From the IMG/VR virus record IMGVR_UViG_3300024219_000003, positions 1,300 through 65,299 of that record: 64,000 bases of DNA; one strand, written 5' to 3'. How positions within the stretch are numbered: the first letter of the stretch is position 1; every line of letters starts with the position of its first letter. Source of the DNA: a virus (taxonomy: Duplodnaviria > Caudoviricetes). Below the pieces are notes generated by a model. It worked only from the letters and a program-made list of their open reading frames with translations. It ran no database searches and was not told the origin of the DNA. The translations under genes and the position numbers were made by a program. Below are positions 8,985 through 17,930 of the stretch, piece after piece.

Positions 8985-9577
8985 TGGCCCGGTTTGTCTG
9001 GTACTTATGCCCCGACTGTGGCGGCAAGTTCCGGCACTTGCATCATCCGTCCGATGCCCCGCCACCGGATCGCTGCGGGTTGTGCGGCGCGTGGATGAAC
9101 ATGGATGAGCCGCCGCAGGAGGTCTTCGTCCCGCAGGCTCCGGGTATCCGCAAGAGCGATTATGCGAAGGCGATTGACCAGACGTATCGAGCGACCGAAG
9201 CGGCATCAATTGCGCGTGCCGACGATGCGGCGAGCCAACTTGAGGACGCCTATCGCAAGGAGGATCGAGAATCGCCGTTCGAGGGCGACCCGGCGGTGCT
9301 ACGCGATTTCCAGAAGAATCAGGTCGCCGAGATGCGGTCTGGGCTGAAGATCACCGACATGAAAGACCCGTCCTCGATGCGCGAAGGCGATAACGCTGTC
9401 GTCACGAAGCCGGTGCAGGTCAAGGGTGCAGGGTTCCAGAGCTTCGAGGGTGCGACGGCGGGCGATGCGCTGGGTGGAGGAGGCGGAGTGAACGCGCCGT
9501 TTGTATCCGCCGCGACAAGGGACCATAGTACGAGGGCGGCGGCGATGATTCGCGCGGGACAGATCGCGAAGCACTAG
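8984..9577 (+). CDS. zinc-ribbon hypothetical protein
   Basis: CPDCG...CGLCG; lies between terL and portal. Confidence 0.65.
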   Translation: MARFVWYLCPDCGGKFRHLHHPSDAPPPDRCGLCGAWMNMDEPPQEVFVPQAPGIRKSDYAKAIDQTYRATEAASIARADDAASQLEDAYRKEDRESPFEGDPAVLRDFQKNQVAEMRSGLKITDMKDPSSMREGDNAVVTKPVQVKGAGFQSFEGATAGDALGGGGGVNAPFVSAATRDHSTRAAAMIRAGQIAKH

Positions 9578-9607
9578 CAGGAAGGTCGGAGCCAGCACCA
9601 TGAGTCC

Positions 9608-11311
9608 GTGAGGATACCGACCACTACCGAGAAAGCGCTGGTCGAGTTTGCAAAAACGACGACCGAGGATTGCCGGGTAAGCCAGGCGGCGCGTGGCGCG
9701 GCATACAAGCAATATGGTGCCTGGGTCGAGACCGGGAAGGAATCGGGTGGTCTTGCGCTGTGCAACCTACTCTATTCGCACAATGATCGCCTCGCGGCGC
9801 ATTTGTTCAGCCCGAGTGAGTTGCGGGCAACCGTCGATTACGAAAGCCTCCAAGCAAAGGAATGGCTCGACAAGGGCGCGGTAGCTGCGCGCGTTGTGTC
9901 GCGGACATGGGAGGCGGAGAACGTCGATCTCCTGTTTGGACACGGGGTCAAGGAAGCGCTGACCTACGCCAGTTGCCTGTTGAAACAGGTTTGCATTCGG
10001 GACAGCGAGGGGAACGCCGAATACAAGGGGGCGCGGCTCGTCATGCCGTGGTCGTTCGGGGTTTACAACGAGGGCGTTAACGATCTTGCCGATCAGGAAG
10101 CCTTTGTCGAGACGGTTTGGCTGAACCGGCATGAGGTTTGGCGTCGGGTACGCACTCTTCCTGATGCCGAGCGGCTGTTCAACCGGATCATCGGCAACTC
10201 AAAAAAGGAAGAAGGTGCGGCGGCGCCGAGCAGCTTCATGCATCAGGTGCTCTCGACTTCGGTTCTGAACACAAGTTCGCAGACGGCGACGCGCCCCGGT
10301 GGGATCGTACAGCTTACCAACGACCCGAACTACGCCGTTGTCGGGCCACAGGTCGCTGCCGAACTCTACCCGATGCACGAACTATGGGTGAAGGACGACA
10401 ACCGACCAGGCGAGGATTGGACGACGATCCAATGGTTCGAGCCGGATATCCTTGTCGCCCCGAAACAGGGGTTGAAGCACATCAATCTGTTCGCGCCCGA
10501 GGTCCAACCCTATACGCTGATCCAGCCGAACTACCTCCCCGGCTATTTCTGGGGTCGTTCCGAGATCGTCGATTTGATGATGCTTCAGGATTGGTTAAGC
10601 GAGCATCTGGGGGATGCGCGCCGGCTGATGGGGTTGGCGATCGACAAGGTTCTCGCGTTCCCGGGATACGATGGGTTGACCGACGAACTCGCCACGTCAA
10701 TGCGCAACAACGGGATGATCGCATTGCCGCCGGGGGCGAGCGTCAGCGATTTGACGCCGCCGATGCCGCCTCAGTTGATCCCGATGATCGGCGAGATTAT
10801 CCAATTGATGAACATGGTCTCCGGTTTCCCGCCGATCATGGCTGGTCAGGGCGAACCCGGGGTTCGGGCCGGGGTCCATGCCGATACGCTGATGAAGACC
10901 GGGAGTCCGAGGCTTCGTGATCGCTCGCTTCTCGTCGAGCGCCAATGCGCGGCGGCGCTCGATGTCACCCTGTCGTTCCTCCAAGCCAAGAAGGCGACGG
11001 CGTACTGGACGAATCCAAACGACGAGATGACGGACTTTACGCTGGAGCAGTTGCCGAAAGACCGGCGGATATCGGTGGACAGCCACAGCGGGAGCCCGAT
11101 CTACCATGACGACAACGCACAGCTCTTGGCGTGGGGTGTTAAGTCGGGGATCGTTACGGGCGAGAGTGCTATCGAGCAGTTGCCGTTCGCTCACAAGGAC
11201 GTGCTGATCGCTCGGTTGAAGGAGAAGGAAGCCGCTCAGAAGAAACTCATGGAGGAGCATCCAGAGTTCTTCGAGAAGGGTGGCGGCAGGCGGCAAGCCC
11301 CGAGACTCTAG
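9608..11311 (+). CDS. portal protein
   Basis: 567 aa after terminase; PYTLIQPNYLPGYFWGRSEIVDL resembles podoviral portal; position. Confidence 0.8.
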   Translation: MRIPTTTEKALVEFAKTTTEDCRVSQAARGAAYKQYGAWVETGKESGGLALCNLLYSHNDRLAAHLFSPSELRATVDYESLQAKEWLDKGAVAARVVSRTWEAENVDLLFGHGVKEALTYASCLLKQVCIRDSEGNAEYKGARLVMPWSFGVYNEGVNDLADQEAFVETVWLNRHEVWRRVRTLPDAERLFNRIIGNSKKEEGAAAPSSFMHQVLSTSVLNTSSQTATRPGGIVQLTNDPNYAVVGPQVAAELYPMHELWVKDDNRPGEDWTTIQWFEPDILVAPKQGLKHINLFAPEVQPYTLIQPNYLPGYFWGRSEIVDLMMLQDWLSEHLGDARRLMGLAIDKVLAFPGYDGLTDELATSMRNNGMIALPPGASVSDLTPPMPPQLIPMIGEIIQLMNMVSGFPPIMAGQGEPGVRAGVHADTLMKTGSPRLRDRSLLVERQCAAALDVTLSFLQAKKATAYWTNPNDEMTDFTLEQLPKDRRISVDSHSGSPIYHDDNAQLLAWGVKSGIVTGESAIEQLPFAHKDVLIARLKEKEAAQKKLMEEHPEFFEKGGGRRQAPRL

Positions 11312-11315
11312 TCGG

Positions 11316-11513
11316 TTAAGCTGCGGTTTCCTCGCCGTTTTCCCACCAATCCTTCACGTCATTTTCTGAATAATATATGCGGCCTGCCCGCCGTATGAAG
11401 CGGGGGCCTATCTTCTTTTGCCGCCAAGCCCAAAGCTGCTGCTCTGTTGTTTGTAGGTCTTCGGCGACCTGCTTGGGCGTCAAAAAACCGTTAGTGGAGA
11501 ATACTGCCATCAA
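11316..11513 (-). CDS. AlpA/excisionase-like HTH DNA-binding protein
   Basis: FLTPKQVAEDL..TEQQLWAWR..KIGPRFIRRAGRIYY..NDVKDW. Confidence 0.8.
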   Translation of the reverse strand: MMAVFSTNGFLTPKQVAEDLQTTEQQLWAWRQKKIGPRFIRRAGRIYYSENDVKDWWENGEETAA

Positions 11514-11590
11514 TGAATGCCTATAGCGTGTGAGTTCTCGTTAATCAAGCGTGTTGTGCGGGCGTGATGCGATGCCCCTAGTAATAGGCA

Positions 11591-11651
11591 GCCGCATCCA
11601 TTCGTCTCTCAAGCCGATTGGCTGGTGGTGCGGCGGGTTCAACCCTTGAGA
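11591..11651 (+). promoter_or_regulatory. candidate pseudoknotted RNA leader
   Basis: Four helices, several abutting without linkers (see findings), ending just before a GGAGG RBS. Confidence 0.4.
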
Positions 11652-11662
11652 TGGAGGCTCCT

Positions 11663-11704
11663 ATGGAAGTCCGCAATCGTCGGCGCAAACACCGGCGCAA
11701 GTAG
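11663..11704 (+). CDS. 13-aa Arg-rich micropeptide MEVRNRRRKHRRK
   Basis: GGAGG RBS 5 nt upstream of ATG; TAG stop. Confidence 0.5.
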   Translation: MEVRNRRRKHRRK

Positions 11705-11765
11705 CGGTAATGCGCTACTCACGGAAACCGGCCCCGAAGAATCGGCCAATTCCGTATCGTCGGCC

Positions 11766-12197
11766 ATGCCCGAAGGTATGACCGGGACGGGAGCACCGCC
11801 TTCGGGCGGTGCCACCCCGCCGATGCAGGGACAGCAGCCGGGTCAGCCGCCGCAGGAACAGCCTGCGGGTGGCGCTGGCGGCGCGACGATGCCGACTCCG
11901 AATCGCGGGTTGGAAGCGGCGGCGCTGGCGAAGTTGGCGGTTCACGTACAAGCGATCTCGATGATCAGCGGCGTCTTGCCCGCCGGTTCGGATCTGGCGC
12001 GCGATCTGCGCGAGGCTCTGAACAAGATGGCAAAGCATGTTCCGCCCGGTGGCGTCAGCCAGGGCGTTCAGATGTCCGAGGCGCAGCGCAGTTTGATGGA
12101 GCAGCGCCAAAAGGGGCCGCAAGTCGCAGCGATGCGCGCGGCTCAACCGGCGGGGGCGCCTCCGCAAGCCCCGCCACCTCAGCCGCAAGCGGCGTAA
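11766..12197 (+). CDS. Pro/Gln/Ala-rich head-region hypothetical protein
   Basis: ORF between portal and scaffold. Confidence 0.6.
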   Translation: MPEGMTGTGAPPSGGATPPMQGQQPGQPPQEQPAGGAGGATMPTPNRGLEAAALAKLAVHVQAISMISGVLPAGSDLARDLREALNKMAKHVPPGGVSQGVQMSEAQRSLMEQRQKGPQVAAMRAAQPAGAPPQAPPPQPQAA

Positions 12198-12209
12198 CCG
12201 GAGACGATC

Positions 12210-12383
12210 ATGGTCGATATCTTCCGCGATTCCACGAAAGCCCTGCCGAAGTCCGACTCGCAGATCGTGCGCGTTGATATGAAGCAGCTCGACATCGGCG
12301 GACGCACCAGCCACATCCCGAACCCCTCGAAGTCCGGTGACATGAGCATTTCGCACGTCCCGAATGCCGGGTCGAAGAGGTAA
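12210..12383 (+). CDS. small hypothetical protein (57 aa)
   Basis: GGAG RBS; MVDIFRD...SHVPNAGSKR. Confidence 0.6.
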   Translation: MVDIFRDSTKALPKSDSQIVRVDMKQLDIGGRTSHIPNPSKSGDMSISHVPNAGSKR

Positions 12384-12389
12384 TCCGGC

Positions 12390-12953
12390 ATGCCCGAGAT
12401 CGACGAGAACGATTACGCCGAGTGGCAGCGCCATAAGACGGTGCTGGAGCGGATCGGCAAGAGCGACGAGGCGAAAAAGCTCCTCCAGAAAGCCGTTCTG
12501 ATCGGGGCACCCGAAATGGCCGGGGTCGAGCCCCGCATTCGGGACGAGAACGAGCAGTTCAAGGGCGAGATCACGTCAAAGCTCGACGCCTTCCTCGACG
12601 AGCAGCGCAAGGATCGCGAGGAACGTCAGGCCGCCGATGCGAAGGGCAAGATGGAACGCGAGTGGCTATCCGGCCGCCGCAAGCTTCGCGAGCAGGGCTA
12701 CAGCGACGAAGGCGTCGAGAAGATCGAGGAGTTCATGGAGAAGCGCGGCGTCGCCGACCATGAAATCGCGATGGCCGCCTACGAACGCGAGAACCCGCCG
12801 CCTCCTCCGGTTGCGACCGGCGGGCAGCGTTGGAACTTCTTCGATCAGCGCGACGCTGGAAACCTCGGGCTCGACGCGCTACTGAAGGGCGACGACGAAG
12901 GTTTTCTCGCTCAGGCTCTCCCGGCCGCTCTCAAGGAAGGGCGCGGCGGCTGA
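12390..12953 (+). CDS. putative capsid scaffolding protein
   Basis: Highly charged helical protein upstream of the major capsid gene. Confidence 0.6.
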   Translation: MPEIDENDYAEWQRHKTVLERIGKSDEAKKLLQKAVLIGAPEMAGVEPRIRDENEQFKGEITSKLDAFLDEQRKDREERQAADAKGKMEREWLSGRRKLREQGYSDEGVEKIEEFMEKRGVADHEIAMAAYERENPPPPPVATGGQRWNFFDQRDAGNLGLDALLKGDDEGFLAQALPAALKEGRGG

Positions 12954-13105
12954 TGTCGATCTTCCATACACCCGCACCGACGAAGGCCCCGCGCGAGGGG
13001 CAGGCGGTCGGCGCGCTCACGGGTCGCAAAGACCCTATCCCCAGCCAGGACCGCGCGGTTGATGTTCGGCATGTGCCGAATGCCGACGAGCGGATGGGGC
13101 GCTAG
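12953..13105 (+). CDS. small hypothetical protein (50 aa)
   Basis: TGATG coupling; MSIFHTP...RHVPNADERMGR. Confidence 0.55.
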   Translation: MSIFHTPAPTKAPREGQAVGALTGRKDPIPSQDRAVDVRHVPNADERMGR

Positions 13106-13776
13106 GCGATATGAGCCTCGGGTTCGCCAATTTCCGTCAGCATGACCCCCGCCGCACGGGCGAAATCGGGGTACAGGCGGAGCATTTCGATGGCGAACGC
13201 TACCTTGTCAATGACGCGCTGGCCGGCGGGATGTCGCTTGGTCCAAAGCTCCAAGTTTTCAGGTCGGTTATCGGCACGTGTTCCGTTGACGTGATGGACG
13301 TGTTCATCGGAGCGGAGCGGGCGACCAACAATGCGGGCCATGACCTGCCGATGTTCGTAGACGGGTTCTCGTTTCCCGTTGATGGCAATCGGACGAACTA
13401 TCCGAGCGTATCCGTCCTTGCGAAGGTGTCGCCCGGTTTCTCCGTTCAGGAAGCGTTGAGCGGATTTACGACGTTGGTTTGTGATCGCGCACGCCTGAGA
13501 GCAAAAGCGCTGATCGCGAACGTATGTGCTGGAATGCGGCTTCCCGCTGGTCTTGTCGATGTAAAGATAGCGCCGCATTGGAGTGACGGCACCGCATTCT
13601 TCGCAGGTGAACATGGCAATCGCGGCGTTTCGTTTGGCGGTTGCTTGGCCCCAGCATTTGCGGGAGCAGTACATCGGATCACGGCCCCATTGCTTGCGGT
13701 AATCCCGAACGCGCCGGGCAAGGTGGGTAAATGTCATTCCGCAATGTTGGCATGCAAACGAAATCATTTCTGGCAT
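13102..13776 (-). CDS. HNH homing endonuclease with Zn-finger repeats
   Basis: YEHRQVM...LRSDEHVHHVNGTRADNRPENLELW; CxxC and YCSxxC repeats. Confidence 0.9.
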   Translation of the reverse strand: MPEMISFACQHCGMTFTHLARRVRDYRKQWGRDPMYCSRKCWGQATAKRNAAIAMFTCEECGAVTPMRRYLYIDKTSGKPHSSTYVRDQRFCSQACAITNQRRKSAQRFLNGETGRHLRKDGYARIVRPIAINGKREPVYEHRQVMARIVGRPLRSDEHVHHVNGTRADNRPENLELWTKRHPAGQRVIDKVAFAIEMLRLYPDFARAAGVMLTEIGEPEAHIA

Positions 13777-13875
13777 AGCGCTCTCCGCATGGGTGGTGTG
13801 TGCATTATGTCATGGAGCGGCGGTCTGCGCAACTTGTTAGCCATGCCGCAAGTATTCGTGATGGAGAACAAGTAA

Positions 13876-14919
13876 ATGCCTCTGCCAGGACAAGGTGCTG
13901 TTCCAACTGGGTCGCTTTATGCGGAGTTGAACGCAGCAACCAGGAGAGCTTTCGTCCCGCGATTATTTGTGCAAATTTACTTTGCGACACCCTCGTTGTT
14001 CTTTATGCTTGGTGGTGCGCAGCGAGCAGCTGGGGGTCTAAGTCAAATTACTATACCTGTTCAGGGCCAAAGCATGGTGACGGGGCAATTCACCGGGTAT
14101 GGGGGCGGGTTCAACAGCCCGGTCGTCATCCCGGGTGTCCAGAACCTGCAATTCCCGCTGTGCTACTGGGTGGTTCCGATCCCGTTGCCGTTTGGTGAGA
14201 CTGTAATCCAGGCGACCGACCGCGAGATTTCGCTGCTCAAGGCGCGCATGAACGATGCGTGGGCGGTGACGGTGCAGAACATGGCGGGGTTGTTGTTTTC
14301 GAACAACACGGCGAACACGCTCCTGCCGGACAGCTTCTACGATCTGACCGACGACGGCACGAACGTCGCGACCTATGGCGGCGTCAACCGGACGGCGGCG
14401 GGCAACACCAGCCTCAAGGGCCAGTATTACGTCGGGTCGAGCGCGACCGGCAACGTCGGCAACGTCGGGTTCAAGCGGACTACGATGTCGAACTCGCTGA
14501 TCACGATCACGGACGCGGCCGGCGGCGAATCACCGACCTGTGTGATCATGAACCCGGGCGATTTTGCGACCCTCAACAGCGACTTCATCGGCGCTGAGCA
14601 GATTTTCATCCGCCCGGGCCAGGAAGCGACGATGGGGACGCCGAACCGGTCTAGCTTCCCGAACCTCAATGTCAACGGCGTGCCGATCTTCGCCGACCAC
14701 TTCTGTCCGGTGGGCAACGCCTACTATTTGAATACAAAATATTCGAGCATGTATGGAAGCGAAGATGCCATGTTCGATTTCTCCGGCTTTTACAGTCTAG
14801 TTCCTTTGGGACAGATTGGACAGCAAGGTGTTGTAGTTCTTGGATACAATATTGTCTCGGCAAAACCGAGCGCAAACGCTCACGTTACTGGAATTGTGAA
14901 CCCATCGACGACCTTCTAA
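13876..14919 (+). CDS. major capsid protein
   Basis: 347 aa after scaffold; YGGVNRT, MNPGDFATL, LNVNGVPIFADHFCP are HK97-fold-like features. Confidence 0.85.
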   Translation: MPLPGQGAVPTGSLYAELNAATRRAFVPRLFVQIYFATPSLFFMLGGAQRAAGGLSQITIPVQGQSMVTGQFTGYGGGFNSPVVIPGVQNLQFPLCYWVVPIPLPFGETVIQATDREISLLKARMNDAWAVTVQNMAGLLFSNNTANTLLPDSFYDLTDDGTNVATYGGVNRTAAGNTSLKGQYYVGSSATGNVGNVGFKRTTMSNSLITITDAAGGESPTCVIMNPGDFATLNSDFIGAEQIFIRPGQEATMGTPNRSSFPNLNVNGVPIFADHFCPVGNAYYLNTKYSSMYGSEDAMFDFSGFYSLVPLGQIGQQGVVVLGYNIVSAKPSANAHVTGIVNPSTTF

Positions 14920-15514
14920 CCAGAGCGAGTGCTATAATCAACATGCTTTCGTCCGTACCATTACTCTTTAGAGAGTTGACCGCTTGCAAAATAAAGCGGC
15001 AGTTGTCTTTGGTGTATCCAAGGGCCGGCACGATGCGGTCGATTGTTGGCGAAAATTGCTTTGGCCCGCCGATGCCGGTTGGCTCTAGTGCGAACGGAAG
15101 GTCTGTTAGTTCGCAGCGTCCGTTCCACCGATCCCGTGCCCACTCGATTGTAAGATCGAACGCCAAACCTTTGTCAGAGGCTCGCTTCTTGGCAAGACCA
15201 AGCAACCCGCGCCATGGGGAGTTTTGCCGTGCAGTTTGATGCCATTTGGCGAGCTTGTCGGGGTTTTGGCGAGTGTATTCGCGTTGTTTCGCGATTCGTT
15301 CGTCGCGGTGTTCCTGATATTGTCTGCGGTTCGCTTCACGAACGCGATCGGGGTGTCGTTGTCGGTACAGAGCAACAGATTTCCGACTTTGTTCTGGGTC
15401 TCTATTCCTCCGGTTCAGTGCCCGGACGCGGCACTTCTTGGAACAATATCGTAGTTGGGGCGGCGTTATCGGCTTCTGGCATTCGGCACACAGAAGGTAT
15501 TCGGTCATTACCAT
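14885..15514 (-). CDS. HNH-like (IDRI-type) homing endonuclease
   Basis: CELTDLPF...SPTIDRIVPALGYTKDNCRFILQAVNSLK; N-terminal Zn finger. Confidence 0.8.
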   Translation of the reverse strand: MVMTEYLLCAECQKPITPPQLRYCSKKCRVRALNRRNRDPEQSRKSVALYRQRHPDRVREANRRQYQEHRDERIAKQREYTRQNPDKLAKWHQTARQNSPWRGLLGLAKKRASDKGLAFDLTIEWARDRWNGRCELTDLPFALEPTGIGGPKQFSPTIDRIVPALGYTKDNCRFILQAVNSLKSNGTDESMLIIALALVRRSSMGSQFQ

Positions 15515-15597
15515 TCCTATCCACGTTATTCATGAAGGATAACATTGGATCGGCTAAGTATCAACTTCTTCCAGCGTTCTAAGCGGAGTAACACAGT

Positions 15598-16425
15598 ATG
15601 CCGCAGCAAAACATTGCTGGCCCGGGGGTTGGCCTTCCGCTACCGCAGGCTGGATACCCGCAGACAGCGGGGCAGACGGGGCCGTACCTCGCGCCGTCGA
15701 ACAAGTTGGCGTTGTCTCCGGCGCAGACGTTCACCGTGCCGGCCGGATCGTGGGTTGTCGCGTCAACTGGCACGATCTCGGCGATTCAATGGAAAGACCC
15801 GATCCGAGCGGAATGGGTCAACATGCAGGGGCCGGGCGTTGCCTTGTTCATGCGTGTGAACAGCGACGGCGTGAACTGGCGCGTCAACAATCTTTCGGAT
15901 GCGGCATACGGTGCGACCGTGACCTCGGCTGGTTCCAGCTATGTCCAGGCCACAACGACCGTTACGGCGGGTACGGGCAATTCGACGTGGGTTCCGGTGG
16001 TCGGCGGCGCCGTCGCAACGGGGTCCATCACGGCGGCAGGTGCGGGATACACGATCCCTCCCCTGGTCTTGATCCCCCCGCCTCCGTCTCCGGGCGTACC
16101 GGCGACCGCGATTGCGGTCATCAGCGGGGGCTCGGTGACGAGCATCACCGTCGTCAACGCAGGGGCGGGTTATCTGACCGCGCCAGTGCCGCAGATTCTT
16201 CCGGGTCAGACCGATCCGGGCACCATCACCAGCAACGCGACGGCGACGTTGACGTTGACGGGTGCGGGGACGCTGACAGCGGTGCTGTTGGGGAACTTCG
16301 GGGCGCCGCTGACTACGGCTCCGACTCTGACAGTGGGTGGCGCGGGTACGACCGCGACGATCACGACCATCCCTGCCACGGTTGTCGCGGCGGCGAACGA
16401 TTCGATCACGTTGCAGCCGCTTTAA
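15598..16425 (+). CDS. virion structural protein (head decoration candidate) with GxGY beta-repeats
   Basis: Thr/Gly/Ala-rich; AGAGY repeats; follows capsid gene. Confidence 0.65.
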   Translation: MPQQNIAGPGVGLPLPQAGYPQTAGQTGPYLAPSNKLALSPAQTFTVPAGSWVVASTGTISAIQWKDPIRAEWVNMQGPGVALFMRVNSDGVNWRVNNLSDAAYGATVTSAGSSYVQATTTVTAGTGNSTWVPVVGGAVATGSITAAGAGYTIPPLVLIPPPPSPGVPATAIAVISGGSVTSITVVNAGAGYLTAPVPQILPGQTDPGTITSNATATLTLTGAGTLTAVLLGNFGAPLTTAPTLTVGGAGTTATITTIPATVVAAANDSITLQPL

Positions 16426-16500
16426 CGGACGGTTCCTACACGGGCTTGGGGCCATGTGAGGGAGACACAAGCCAAGGTATCGGTAGTGAGGAATGGGTAG

Positions 16501-17208
16501 ATGCTCGTCTCCTATGAAACCCTCACTTCCGCTCTCTTGCAGGCGCCCTCGTCGCCGGTATCGCTGATCAATACGTCCACCCTTGATTCATATATCAACA
16601 TTGCGCGCAACCAGGTTGCTGCGGATGGCGAGTGCATCCGGTTTCCGGCGTCGCTGACGACATCGGCTCAAAGTAATTCGTTCGCAAGCATTACGACTAG
16701 CGCGGCGAATGGGGTTGGGTCGGTGATTGCGATCCGGTCGGCGAAGATCGGGCCGAGGTTGGCGATCGATATCCGCCCGTGGGAGTATTTTGCCGCCTAT
16801 TACCTTGGCTCGGGATCAGTAGGAACGCCGTTGCGGGCGGCGCAGCAAGGGCAAGGTATCAACGGAACGTTCTTCATTGATCCGGTTCCCGCCGCTCCGG
16901 TGCAGATCACCCTCGATGTCGTCTGCTTGCCGATTGTATTGGTGAATGACACGACCCCGGAGGCGATCCCTCGGTTGTGGGTTGATGCGGTGCCGTTCTA
17001 CGCAGCGTGGCTTGGAATGATGAGCCTGCAACGTCAAGGTGATGCGCAGGTTATGATGCAGCGCTACCATGATTTGATGCGGCGTGCGCGGCAACTGTCT
17101 ACTCCGAGCGAGTTGCCCGACAATCTACCCGGTGGCCAGGGGGCGACGATGGCCTCGGGACACGGGCAGTTGTCGCAATCTACAGCGGCAGCGGCGGGGC
17201 AACGCTGA
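16501..17208 (+). CDS. head-tail adaptor-like protein 1
   Basis: Position; shares motifs with the next two ORFs. Confidence 0.65.
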   Translation: MLVSYETLTSALLQAPSSPVSLINTSTLDSYINIARNQVAADGECIRFPASLTTSAQSNSFASITTSAANGVGSVIAIRSAKIGPRLAIDIRPWEYFAAYYLGSGSVGTPLRAAQQGQGINGTFFIDPVPAAPVQITLDVVCLPIVLVNDTTPEAIPRLWVDAVPFYAAWLGMMSLQRQGDAQVMMQRYHDLMRRARQLSTPSELPDNLPGGQGATMASGHGQLSQSTAAAAGQR

Positions 17209-17930
17209 TGGCGCTTATCAGTTATCTCCAAACCACGCGGCGCATCCTCAAAGACGCTAGTTTCGCACGGTTCATTGACGGTGATCTGGTCGATTGGATC
17301 AACATCGGGCGCGGTCAGGTCGCCGCCGAGGGCGAGTGCGTGCGGGTGTGTGCGACGCTCGTTTTGAACCCGCCGGATCAAGAATACCATTTCCATGACA
17401 TCGTTCAGGTGTTCAACGGGCCGCTGTTCGTGGCGGGGACGGGCGTGGCGAGCGTCCTGAATGTCCGTATGATGACGTACAACATTCCGGGAACCTCTGG
17501 ATCGGCGATTGTCACGCCGCGCGAATGGGAATGGTTCAATTATTTCGTGAGAGGTGACGCTGATCCGAAACCTGGGCCGCCGGTCTATTGGGCGCAGATG
17601 CACCAAGGCGTCGGCGGCTCATTCTGGGTGAACATCCCGGATCTGCCATACACGTTGTTTCTCGATACTGTCTGTTTGCCGATTCCGCTCGCCGCTGAGA
17701 CTGACCCGGAAGCCGTGCCGTCGTTATGGACCGATGCTGTCCCCTATTACGCGGCCTATCTGGCGATGCTGTCGGCGCATGAGGAAGGCGCGGACAACAT
17801 GCTGAAGCTCTATGAGGTCTTCACCAATCGGGCACGCCAATTTGCCAACCCGAGCGTACTCCCAGGCCAGTATTCTCAAGCGCCGGACCCGATGATGGCT
17901 GGTCGTCTTGGCGTAACGAGAGCCGCCTGA
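17208..17930 (+). CDS. head-tail adaptor-like protein 2
   Basis: Paralog: INIGRGQVAAEGECVR...CLP...EAVPSLWTDAVPYYAA. Confidence 0.65.
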   Translation: MALISYLQTTRRILKDASFARFIDGDLVDWINIGRGQVAAEGECVRVCATLVLNPPDQEYHFHDIVQVFNGPLFVAGTGVASVLNVRMMTYNIPGTSGSAIVTPREWEWFNYFVRGDADPKPGPPVYWAQMHQGVGGSFWVNIPDLPYTLFLDTVCLPIPLAAETDPEAVPSLWTDAVPYYAAYLAMLSAHEEGADNMLKLYEVFTNRARQFANPSVLPGQYSQAPDPMMAGRLGVTRAA

